A stretch of DNA of 64,000 nt, from the sequence record ON190025.1, one strand, 5' to 3'. Positions 10,169 through 16,604 of the stretch are shown here, in pieces. The position numbers were made by a program, and so were the translations under genes. The first letter of the stretch is position 1. Every line of letters starts with the position of its first letter. Below the pieces are notes generated by a model. It was not told the DNA's origin, did no database searches, and saw only the letters and a program-made list of their open reading frames with translations.

Positions 10169-10489
10169 TTATTTGTAATTGTGATGGCGAGTGATATTCG
10201 TACCGTTTTTGAATATTTCAACTGCCACATAACCACCAGTTTCATAGCAAGTGCGTAAATTTCGGTAGCCGTACTCTTCAAAGAATGCACGGATGAAACT
10301 AGAACCTTTCTTATCACAATCGCTAATATGAATTGGTACTTTGATTTTAATCGGGAAAAAAGCCCCGTTTTCAACTGCATGAGTGAATTCTTTTTCACAT
10401 TCAGCATTATAGTGTTCGCTAAGAACTTTACGAGCTACCTGCTCCCGTTCATTAATTTGCTTTGAAAGTTCATCATGACTAAGCATCAT
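10169..10489 (-). CDS. Hypothetical protein, apparent paralogue of 10486-10821
   Basis: 106 aa; FPIxIxV...CD...GY/FxN pattern shared with neighbour. Confidence 0.7.
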   Translation of the reverse strand: MMLSHDELSKQINEREQVARKVLSEHYNAECEKEFTHAVENGAFFPIKIKVPIHISDCDKKGSSFIRAFFEEYGYRNLRTCYETGGYVAVEIFKNGTNITRHHNYK

Positions 10490-10821
10490 TGAAACCCCGC
10501 TTGTTTATTTTCTCGAATTGTCAATTTCACAAACGAATATGAGTAGTCTCTCATATCACGTGGGTCGCCAGAATAACGACCGAACTGTGCATCGAAATTG
10601 TGAAATCCCTCGCGTTTCATGACGCTTTTAATAAGAGTCATCATTTCATCACAACACTCGTTATGCTCAAGATTCACTTGAATTGTAATCGGGAACTGAA
10701 ATCCCGAAACACCACCGATCTTACGCTCAATTGATTTGCGCATTTCAACGACGAACTGCTCTTCGCGTTTCGAGCGATTCTGTTTGACTTGTTGAGTTAA
10801 AACATCGTATAGATTATTCAT
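10486..10821 (-). CDS. Hypothetical protein
   Basis: 111 aa, ATGA-type overlaps with neighbours. Confidence 0.75.
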   Translation of the reverse strand: MNNLYDVLTQQVKQNRSKREEQFVVEMRKSIERKIGGVSGFQFPITIQVNLEHNECCDEMMTLIKSVMKREGFHNFDAQFGRYSGDPRDMRDYSYSFVKLTIRENKQAGFQ

Positions 10822-11186
10822 AGATATTCCTTAATATCTTTTGAAAAGTGACGAATACATGAACTATCAAGACGTTTACGACCATCACCGTCAATATCAG
10901 GTAATGTGTACCCATCATTGAATGGCTGACCGCTTGATTTAGCGATTTCGTATGCATCACTTCGATTGAAATATTCACCGCAGTAATTGATGAAACCTTG
11001 ACCACGATCACCAAGCTCGTTACGATGCTCATATGTACAGCCAAGTTCTTTCAATAGCTTAAACACGCCTTGCATGTTTCGTCCGAAATGACAGCTATCT
11101 GCGACTACGATCTCTCGCTGCTCACCATTCGGCATAGTCACTCGAATCGCATTAGCAGCACAAGAAATTACATTTACGTGCGACAT
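10818..11186 (-). CDS. Conserved-type phage hypothetical protein
   Basis: 122 aa, QGFINYCGEYFNRSDAYEIA motif, coupled overlaps. Confidence 0.75.
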   Translation of the reverse strand: MSHVNVISCAANAIRVTMPNGEQREIVVADSCHFGRNMQGVFKLLKELGCTYEHRNELGDRGQGFINYCGEYFNRSDAYEIAKSSGQPFNDGYTLPDIDGDGRKRLDSSCIRHFSKDIKEYL

Positions 11187-11536
11187 GTATCGTACCTCAT
11201 AAAAATAGAACCAACACGTTTGTATTGATTAGAATACATTAACAGTTTTGTCATTTTGCTGTGAGCAACAGGGTTGCTTGTTACAAGAACGACAGTTCGT
11301 GGGTAATTGCGATGGTCGATGGCATGTGATAGAATATCATAACCCTCTCGACCGACAGCATCACCTAAATCATTGTCCATGAAAAGTGTAATGTCAGTAA
11401 GATTCGTATACTTGACGAATTTCATGCCGTCGTCGAATGTACGAATCACGCGCTTTTCATCGTCTAGAATATTCGGTTTGGTGAACTTATTAATGTCACG
11501 TAAGTCATCAATCATTACAAACATAGTATTTCTCAT
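11174..11536 (-). CDS. Cyclic-phosphate-processing receiver (cREC)-like domain protein
   Basis: IDDLR, MDNDLG, GYD and TSNPVA match the LDDxR/SLDHDLG/GYD/HSxNPxG pattern of this stand-alone receiver family. Confidence 0.65.
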   Translation of the reverse strand: MRNTMFVMIDDLRDINKFTKPNILDDEKRVIRTFDDGMKFVKYTNLTDITLFMDNDLGDAVGREGYDILSHAIDHRNYPRTVVLVTSNPVAHSKMTKLLMYSNQYKRVGSIFMRYDTCRT

Positions 11537-11586
11537 TAGTTATTAGTGCTAAATACATCATACAGGTTTAATGAGTGGAAGTCAAC

Positions 11587-11958
11587 ATGAACGACGAAAA
11601 AATTATTTCTTTCGAACAGTATCTAAATGAGGGATGGTTTGAAAGGCAATGGTCGCGATACAAAGCAGGTGCTGACTCGCGTAGTATTAAGAAACTGGCC
11701 AAGATGCATACAAAGCTACTGCATATTGAGCAAAAAGCCAAGCAAAACAAATATCGTTATGAAGCAGTTCGATACAATTACGAACACATCAAGATGAATG
11801 TTTTAGATGCTAAGAAGCTCATCAATAAGTTGAGATATAAGAAAGGTATTAGCGATGAGCTAATAATGGCAATGGATAAGTTAGATGTCGAGCTAGATCG
11901 TCTCAACGACTTTGCGGTTGAAGGTCTTCATCAGCTAATGATTCAACACAAGTTATAA
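11587..11958 (+). CDS. Late protein, possible capsid-internal protein
   Basis: CTAAATA upstream; N-terminus IISFEQYLNE/G resembles a T4 capsid-targeting sequence. Confidence 0.65.
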   Translation: MNDEKIISFEQYLNEGWFERQWSRYKAGADSRSIKKLAKMHTKLLHIEQKAKQNKYRYEAVRYNYEHIKMNVLDAKKLINKLRYKKGISDELIMAMDKLDVELDRLNDFAVEGLHQLMIQHKL

Positions 11959-11961
11959 AAT

Positions 11962-11986
11962 AAAAGCCCCATTTAGGGGCTTTTTT
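11962..11986. terminator. Bidirectional terminator between convergent genes
   Basis: AAAA-GCCCC-ATTTA-GGGGC-TTTTTT. Confidence 0.8.
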
Positions 11987-11987
11987 G

Positions 11988-12200
11988 TTAGTATGAATGG
12001 CGCAACTTTTTTTCGATCATTCGATCTACAATCGTGGAGTACATAAGATGTTCTTTGTAATATTTCTCATCAACTCGGTTACATTGAAAGTCTCGAAAAT
12101 CTTTGCGCAGACGTGCAATAAATTTATTCAGTGTTTTGCGCACTTTGCAAACTTCAGACAATTCCATGCTTTTTAGTGTTTCTTCAGAAAGTATTTCCAT
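11988..12200 (-). CDS. Hypothetical protein
   Basis: 70 aa, GAGG SD. Confidence 0.65.
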   Translation of the reverse strand: MEILSEETLKSMELSEVCKVRKTLNKFIARLRKDFRDFQCNRVDEKYYKEHLMYSTIVDRMIEKKLRHSY

Positions 12201-12229
12201 GATTGCTCACCTCTTAGTTAATAGAATAC

Positions 12230-12274
12230 GGGAGACACAGGAATCGAACCCATTGCCTTGACCACATATCTCCC
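12230..12274 (-). ncRNA. 45 nt tRNA-like minihelix (acceptor plus T arm only)
   Basis: GGGAGAT...ATGGG-TTCGATT-CCTGT-GTCTCCC; no anticodon arm, no CCA. Confidence 0.55.
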
Positions 12275-12298
12275 ACTGAGAAGTTACGCCAATTCAGA

Positions 12299-12532
12299 TT
12301 AATGCGCTATGCTTTGTAAACGGCGCATACGCTCACGCTGCGATAACTCATCGAGGCTTGGTTTCTTAACCTCTTCGTCTTTCTCTGCGTCTTCAGTTTC
12401 TGCTTCCTTTTTAATCTTTTCAGCATCGGGACCAATGTTCTTCCAAAGAGGTGCATTGCGCCAATTTTCATTATACCCATTGCCAGAACCACGCCCTTCA
12501 CGAGCATGAGACTTTTGATGAATGTTCTTCAT
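12299..12532 (-). CDS. Hypothetical protein
   Basis: 77 aa, start overlaps upstream stop. Confidence 0.65.
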   Translation of the reverse strand: MKNIHQKSHAREGRGSGNGYNENWRNAPLWKNIGPDAEKIKKEAETEDAEKDEEVKKPSLDELSQRERMRRLQSIAH

Positions 12533-12738
12533 TATTCGTTAGATTTCTTCGTTACTTGAGTTGCAAGACCTACCGCAGCAGCACCAGCGGCTACTTTGGC
12601 ACCTGCTTTCGCAGCTTTACCAGCTTTCTTTGCACCAGACTTGACACGATCTTTTACTGAACGTTTCTTTTTCTTATTATCTTCTGGCTTTTGTTCTTCT
12701 AGTTCCATCATGAACTTATCGAATGTTTTATCACTCAT
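12532..12738 (-). CDS. Small basic late protein, possible capsid-internal protein
   Basis: CTAAATA upstream on minus strand; KTFDKFMME(LEE) N-terminus; Lys/Ala-rich. Confidence 0.65.
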   Translation of the reverse strand: MSDKTFDKFMMELEEQKPEDNKKKKRSVKDRVKSGAKKAGKAAKAGAKVAAGAAAVGLATQVTKKSNE

Positions 12739-12828
12739 GAGATTTCTCCAATTGATTTGAGTTCATCTATATTTAGAATCACATCTAAATGTTTCTTTAG
12801 ACTATATCAATTATCAAACGCCATAAAC

Positions 12829-12853
12829 AAAAAAACCTGCTCAAGGCAGGTTT
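12829..12853 (-). terminator. Terminator ending the tRNA/ncRNA operon
   Basis: AAACCTGC-CTTGA-GCAGGTTT then T run. Confidence 0.85.
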
Positions 12854-12868
12854 AGATGTGCAATACAC

Positions 12869-13113
12869 AGACATTCGAGAAGTGTTTTATCGTCTTTCCT
12901 TAAATCTCATTTGACTATAACGATGTTTCTCATCGGAAAAATACTCATGTTTCGGCATGAGTCCTATTTCGTTTGACAGTACGAACACCGTCTTAATGGT
13001 CATTTCCTACCACGAGAATGCGACAGGCTCACGTCATCACTGAGAAAGCAGCTAGTGCGCCTCATTACTATTAAAGTTTGCTTTGATTTTGTAATGATTG
13101 CTGTACAATGTCT
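12869..13113 (-). ncRNA. ~245 nt structured RNA closed by the motif helix
   Basis: AGACATT-GT-ACAGCAA...AATGTCT; internal hairpins TCATTAC/GTAATGA, ACTCATG/CATGAGT, CGATG/CATCG, TTCGT/ACGAA; no ORF in the track. Confidence 0.75.
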
Positions 13114-13124
13114 TATTGCGAATT

Positions 13125-13213
13125 TGGCGGAAGCACTGGGAGTCGAACCCAGAGAACGCTATTAACGTCCGACACCTTAGCAGGGTGCTGTCATACCTTT
13201 AGACCATGCTTCC
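13125..13213 (-). tRNA. tRNA-Ser(GCT)
   Basis: Cloverleaf, long variable arm, CCA. Confidence 0.95.
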
Positions 13214-13252
13214 AACGTCTCATCAATTAATGGCATGCTGCTCTCATGCTCA

Positions 13253-13285
13253 GACACATATTTGCTCTTATTGCTGACGTGTGCC
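13253..13285 (-). ncRNA. Minimal hairpin copy of the motif
   Basis: GGCACA-CG-TCAGCAA-TAAGAGCAAATA-TGTGTC. Confidence 0.55.
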
Positions 13286-13368
13286 ACGCGCTTCGCAGAT
13301 CCACTTTAGATAATTTAAAGACCTAGCGGGACTCTTAGCAGGTCTATCCACTCTCTTTCGATTCGCGT
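13286..13368 (-). ncRNA. Structured spacer element
   Basis: ACGCG/CGCGT closing stem, AGACCT/AGGTCT hairpin, repeated AGTGGAT. Confidence 0.4.
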
Positions 13369-13381
13369 TGCTAAGTGAATT

Positions 13382-13458
13382 TGGTGCCCAACCCGAGATT
13401 CGAACTCGGAACTTCTAGTGTTTGAAACTAGTGCCTCTGCCAATTGGACTAGTTGGGC
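13382..13458 (-). tRNA. tRNA-Leu(CAA), short variable loop
   Basis: CTAGT-TTCAAAC-ACTAG anticodon arm, CCA. Confidence 0.92.
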
Positions 13459-13469
13459 TTGATTAAACT

Positions 13470-13570
13470 GCCGCGACTCTTTAATCCCTAACACCTGTCA
13501 GCTTTCGCTCGGCTGAGACCGTTTTTCAACGGCGGTAGTCTAGCTTCGTATAGAACGCGGCTTATGCTAG
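13470..13570 (-). ncRNA. ~100 nt pseudoknotted RNA of unknown class
   Basis: CTAGC/GCTAG stem crossed by GCCGCG/CGCGGC; two GAAA-loop hairpins. Confidence 0.6.
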
Positions 13571-13574
13571 AATT

Positions 13575-13651
13575 TGGTACGCACGGGCGGATTCGAACCG
13601 CCATCCCTGAGATTTTAAGCCTCATGCCTCTGCCAATTGGACCACGTGCGC
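13575..13651 (-). tRNA. tRNA-Leu(TAA), short variable loop
   Basis: TGAGG-CTTAAAA-TCTCA, CCA. Confidence 0.92.
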
Positions 13652-13653
13652 AT

Positions 13654-13727
13654 TGGAGCTCGAACAGGGAATCGAACCCTGACCTGCGGATTTGCAATCC
13701 GTTATACTGCCATTATACGATTCGAGC
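13654..13727 (-). tRNA. tRNA-Cys(GCA)
   Basis: Cloverleaf, U73, CCA. Confidence 0.95.
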
Positions 13728-13739
13728 ATAAATGTACTT

Positions 13740-13816
13740 TGGGGTGACAGACGGGGATCGAACCCGCATCTTCCGGAATCACAACCCGGGGGTATTTCCA
13801 CTTCACCCACTGCCAC
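13740..13816 (-). tRNA. tRNA-His(GTG), C73 but no encoded G-1
   Basis: CCGGG-TTGTGAT-TCCGG; base at -1 is T. Confidence 0.92.
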
Positions 13817-13942
13817 ACCAAAGTACACTTAAAAGTTTGCATTATGTCTTGGAGAAATAGATAAATCTACTAGCAACACCGCCGTCGCTACCTGCAATAC
13901 TTTGGGATGTTTACGACATCAAACGAATGCGCTTCCTGTGCA

Positions 13943-14182
13943 TTAATCAGTTTTCTTTAAGTAGATTCTATCAGGCGATAGTTCTCTTGTAAACATGTTT
14001 TTGAAATAAATTTCGATATCTGCTTCAGTCGTTGAAGACTCAATTTCAAGAGCACGCTCAAGAATCTTGTTACGCTTAAACCCAGCGCGCCAACAGTCAA
14101 ACATAAGTCTGTCCATTTTATTTAGCTTTTCGATTTGATTTGAGTTTACGTATTCATGAGTTTCAAGTAATACAGGCGTCAT
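13943..14182 (-). CDS. Hypothetical protein
   Basis: 79 aa ORF between tRNAs. Confidence 0.6.
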   Translation of the reverse strand: MTPVLLETHEYVNSNQIEKLNKMDRLMFDCWRAGFKRNKILERALEIESSTTEADIEIYFKNMFTRELSPDRIYLKKTD

Positions 14183-14205
14183 AATTTATTTCTCATCATA
14201 AAGAA

Positions 14206-14279
14206 TGGTAGTCCCTAGTGGAATCGAGCCACTTCTTTCTCTGTGTAAAAGAGACGTACTTCCATTATACTAAGGGACC
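14206..14279 (-). tRNA. tRNA-Val(TAC)
   Basis: Cloverleaf, T-loop CTCGATT, CCA. Confidence 0.92.
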
Positions 14280-14285
14280 AAAATT

Positions 14286-14359
14286 TGGAGCGGGTACACG
14301 GACTCGAACCGAGACGAACGACTTGGAAGGACGTCATGCTACCATTACATCATACCCGC
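14286..14359 (-). tRNA. tRNA-Gly(TCC)
   Basis: Cloverleaf, U73, CCA. Confidence 0.93.
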
Positions 14360-14370
14360 ATTGTTAATCT

Positions 14371-14526
14371 GAAGCGTCGAACAAATCACGTATTGCACGT
14401 AGATTCGTAAGCTCTACAGTAAGTGTTCTTATAAAGAACGGGTTGGTCTCATTCGCGAGACATTTTTCAACATATCGAATTTTATCGCGTATGTTGCCCT
14501 TGCTTAGTGTAAAGTAGTCATGCTTC
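14371..14526 (-). ncRNA. Candidate multi-hairpin RNA in tRNA spacer
   Basis: GAAGC/GCTTC closing stem with four hairpins (CAACATA/TATGTTG, GTCTC/GAGAC, GTTCT/AGAAC, GTAGA/TCTAC). Confidence 0.4.
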
Positions 14527-14548
14527 GTAACCTCTTTGTTTTTGAATT

Positions 14549-14624
14549 TGGAGGTGACACCGATACTCGAAATCGGATCTTACGCCGTATGAAAGCGTTG
14601 CTCTGCCACTTGAGCTACATCACC
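14549..14624 (-). tRNA. tRNA with CAT anticodon (Met-like), atypical U73
   Basis: ACGCT-TTCATAC-GGCGT, CCA. Confidence 0.85.
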
Positions 14625-14857
14625 AATTGCAGTAATTAACTCATTTAATCGCACACTGGCTGACACCATATATTCATGGTCTGAGTGAGGAACCACATAG
14701 TGGGTACTGTTACCTCTGCTTAGTTTTGATTGTTTTACATGACGATGACTAGAAACGTTCATAATAATGCCACGCGATACATCCTATATCGCTGCTAACA
14801 TCTAAGTTAGCGTATCCTGCCTTTCGGCTACAGTGTCGTTTCCGACGAATTAAGTAC

Positions 14858-15085
14858 AGACAATACCGAAGTGTTTTTTCGTCTTTTGCATAAATCGGAG
14901 TTGACTAGCTTATTGATTCTCAACAAGCAAATATCGTCTGTTTCAGCGACGCGCCTATCTGACTATTTCTAGACAGAGAGAATCTTTCCTTTCAAGCTGC
15001 GCCTAAGCAAGCTCAGGTTAAAATCAGCCCAGGTTAAGATCATCACTTCTTTTAAGTAATTTCAATTGTTTGCTGTATATTGTCT
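14858..15085 (-). ncRNA. ~228 nt structured RNA closed by the motif helix, paralogous to 12869-13113
   Basis: AGACAAT-AT-ACAGCAA...ATTGTCT; shares AAGACGAWAAAACACTTC (17/18) and AGTGATGA with the 12869 RNA. Confidence 0.75.
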
Positions 15086-15148
15086 CCCTCACCATGCTCG
15101 TGATATGCCGAAGCAAAGTATCATTCGTCGCATGATAAGAGCTTAATA

Positions 15149-15224
15149 TGGCACGCCGTATGAGATTCGAACTCATAACCCCATCCTTAGAAGGGACGTG
15201 CTCTTCCAATTGAGCTAACAGCGC
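15149..15224 (-). tRNA. tRNA-Arg(TCT)
   Basis: CGTCC-CTTCTAA-GGATG, CCA. Confidence 0.93.
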
Positions 15225-15298
15225 ATTGAAAAGATTCGAACCATGAACTAGTGTAGACGATGGTAGTAAAGAGAGTCTACGCTCATGTGTTCGAAATT

Positions 15299-15373
15299 TG
15301 GTGGACACGCAGGGAGTCGAACCCTATCTTCCTCATTGCAAGTGAGGCGCTTTCCCAATTAAGCTAACGGCCC
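15299..15373 (-). tRNA. tRNA-Ala(TGC), irregular acceptor stem
   Basis: G3.U70 present; inner acceptor pairs mismatched or bulged. Confidence 0.85.
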
Positions 15374-15380
15374 ATATTTT

Positions 15381-15590
15381 TTACAACTGTGTGATTGAAA
15401 TATATTCCCAACCGTATAAACCTTCAAGTTCTTCAATCGGCTCACTAACAATGTCAGAAATATATTCAGCAACTTTTGCTTCAACTTCTTCATTAGATAA
15501 TTCTTCACTAACGGAAAAAACATCTTCGTTATTGTTGCCACCGAAATCCCCACCAATGTCATATTCACACCATACAGAAATATAGTTCAT
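15381..15590 (-). CDS. Small acidic hypothetical protein
   Basis: MNYISVWCEYDIGG..., 69 aa. Confidence 0.65.
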   Translation of the reverse strand: MNYISVWCEYDIGGDFGGNNNEDVFSVSEELSNEEVEAKVAEYISDIVSEPIEELEGLYGWEYISITQL

Positions 15591-15614
15591 GTTATTCTCG
15601 CAGTTGTTTGAAAA

Positions 15615-15690
15615 TGGTGCCCTGACACGGATTCGAACCGCGAACCTGCTCATTACAAGTGAGCTGCACTGCCAGTTGTGCTATCAGGGC
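15615..15690 (-). tRNA. tRNA-Thr(TGT)
   Basis: Cloverleaf, CCA. Confidence 0.95.
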
Positions 15691-15696
15691 GTTACT

Positions 15697-15808
15697 GAGT
15701 GTTATTACTAGCGTCGTCCAGACCAGTGATACCAACACTGAAAGGGAATCGAACCCTAAACATTTCTTTCCGATAAGAATATTAGTAAATTGTTTGCTGA
15801 AAACACTC
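15697..15808 (-). ncRNA. YrlA-like circularly permuted tRNA mimic (candidate phage Y RNA)
   Basis: GAGTGT-TT-TCAGCAA...AGGG-TTCGATT-CCCT (T arm), CAGTG-TTGGTAT-CACTG (closed acceptor), GTC-TGGAC-GAC (D arm)...ACACTC. Confidence 0.75.
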
Positions 15809-15817
15809 TTCGGTATT

Positions 15818-15891
15818 TGGCTGGGGATAACAGATTCGAACTGATACCAACGCATTCAAAGTACGTTATGCTGCCTTTACACCAATCCCCA
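15818..15891 (-). tRNA. tRNA-Gln(TTG)
   Basis: U1-A72, G73, CCA. Confidence 0.95.
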
Positions 15892-15910
15892 ATTGTTCTT
15901 AAATTATCTT

Positions 15911-15986
15911 TGGCGGAACCGACGGGTTTCGAACCCGCTACCTTCTCCGTGACAGGGAGACATGCAACCACTTACACCTCGGCTCC
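15911..15986 (-). tRNA. tRNA-Asp(GTC)
   Basis: Cloverleaf, CCA. Confidence 0.95.
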
Positions 15987-16054
15987 CCAAAGACAACTTA
16001 AAGTAGTTGCTTTGTTTTTCAAGTTCACACTTAACGGTAGTGACTCTCCGAATT

Positions 16055-16130
16055 TGGCGCTTCATGTTGGACTCGAACCAACGACTCTCTGATTAACAGT
16101 CAGACACTCTACCAACTGAGTTAATGAAGC
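16055..16130 (-). tRNA. tRNA-Asn(GTT) copy 1
   Basis: Cloverleaf, CCA. Confidence 0.95.
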
Positions 16131-16131
16131 A

Positions 16132-16206
16132 TGGCGGGCGTGGAGAATTTCGAAATCTCGACTTGTCGGTTAACAGCCGACTACTCTGCCTCTGAGTTAC
16201 ACACCC
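16132..16206 (-). tRNA. tRNA-Asn(GTT) copy 2
   Basis: Cloverleaf, divergent body, CCA. Confidence 0.92.
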
Positions 16207-16218
16207 TTGAATTTAAAC

Positions 16219-16276
16219 AGTAATCCTTTTTGCTTTTTCCAAATAAAAGTTTTGTATTGTTTGCTGTAAGATTACT
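16219..16276 (-). ncRNA. 58 nt RNA consisting mainly of the motif
   Basis: AGTAATC-TT-ACAGCAA...GCAAAAAG-GATTACT. Confidence 0.7.
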
Positions 16277-16281
16277 TAAAC

Positions 16282-16355
16282 TGGCAGGGGCATAGAGATT
16301 CGAACTCTAACGAACGGGTTTGGAATCCGTCATGCTGCCTTTACATCATGCCCCT
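16282..16355 (-). tRNA. tRNA-Trp(CCA)
   Basis: Cloverleaf, CCA. Confidence 0.95.
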
Positions 16356-16361
16356 AAAATC

Positions 16362-16435
16362 TGGTAGTCCCTAAGAGAATCGAACTCTTACCAAGCGATT
16401 ATCGGTCGCACGCTCTACCGTTGAGCTAAGGGACT
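16362..16435 (-). tRNA. tRNA-Ile(GAT), C at position 33
   Basis: GCGA-CCGATAA-TCGC, CCA. Confidence 0.88.
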
Positions 16436-16499
16436 AAAGTGAGCACATTTCAGTGCTCGTGTTAATCGGTTAAGTGACTAAACTTCCCGGTTAACTAAT

Positions 16500-16598
16500 T
16501 GGCGGAAGACTAGGGATTCGAACCCTAACATCACCTCCCGGTGACCGACGGTTTTCAAGACCGTTGCCGCTACCCAGAATCTCTCGGCTAAGCCTTCC
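16500..16598 (-). tRNA. tRNA-Ser(TGA), enlarged D loop
   Basis: ACGGT-CTTGAAA-ACCGT, long variable arm, CCA. Confidence 0.92.
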
Positions 16599-16604
16599 AA
16601 TTAA

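Noticed and set aside
13552-13570. RNase P RNA (plus-strand AGAACGCGGCTTAT resembles the P4 3' strand)
   Set aside because: No GAGGAAAGTCC 5' motif, wrong helix order, too short, and the GNRA loops favour the minus strand.
14627-14640. TT-ACTGCAA upstream of the CAT tRNA
   Set aside because: No convincing partner helix other than one competing with the tRNA D stem.
14658-15029. tmRNA (372 nt, GGGCTGATT start, tRNA-like end, ACTAAGCA/GTACC near the 3' end, AKDE-like codons)
   Set aside because: No G3.U70 pair, no TTCRA T loop, no CCA, and no short tag ORF ending in an AA-type degron. Kept only as an unassigned structured RNA.
15233-15296. T-loop-like GGTTCGAATC in the Arg-Ala spacer
   Set aside because: Folds as a simple hairpin (CATGA/TCATG, GTAGAC/GTCTAC) with no acceptor or D arm.
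13488-16092. ORF-track entries overlapping tRNAs (13488, 13622, 14580, 15024, 15592, 15659, 15756, 15790)
   Set aside because: Chance frames through tRNA and ncRNA sequence.
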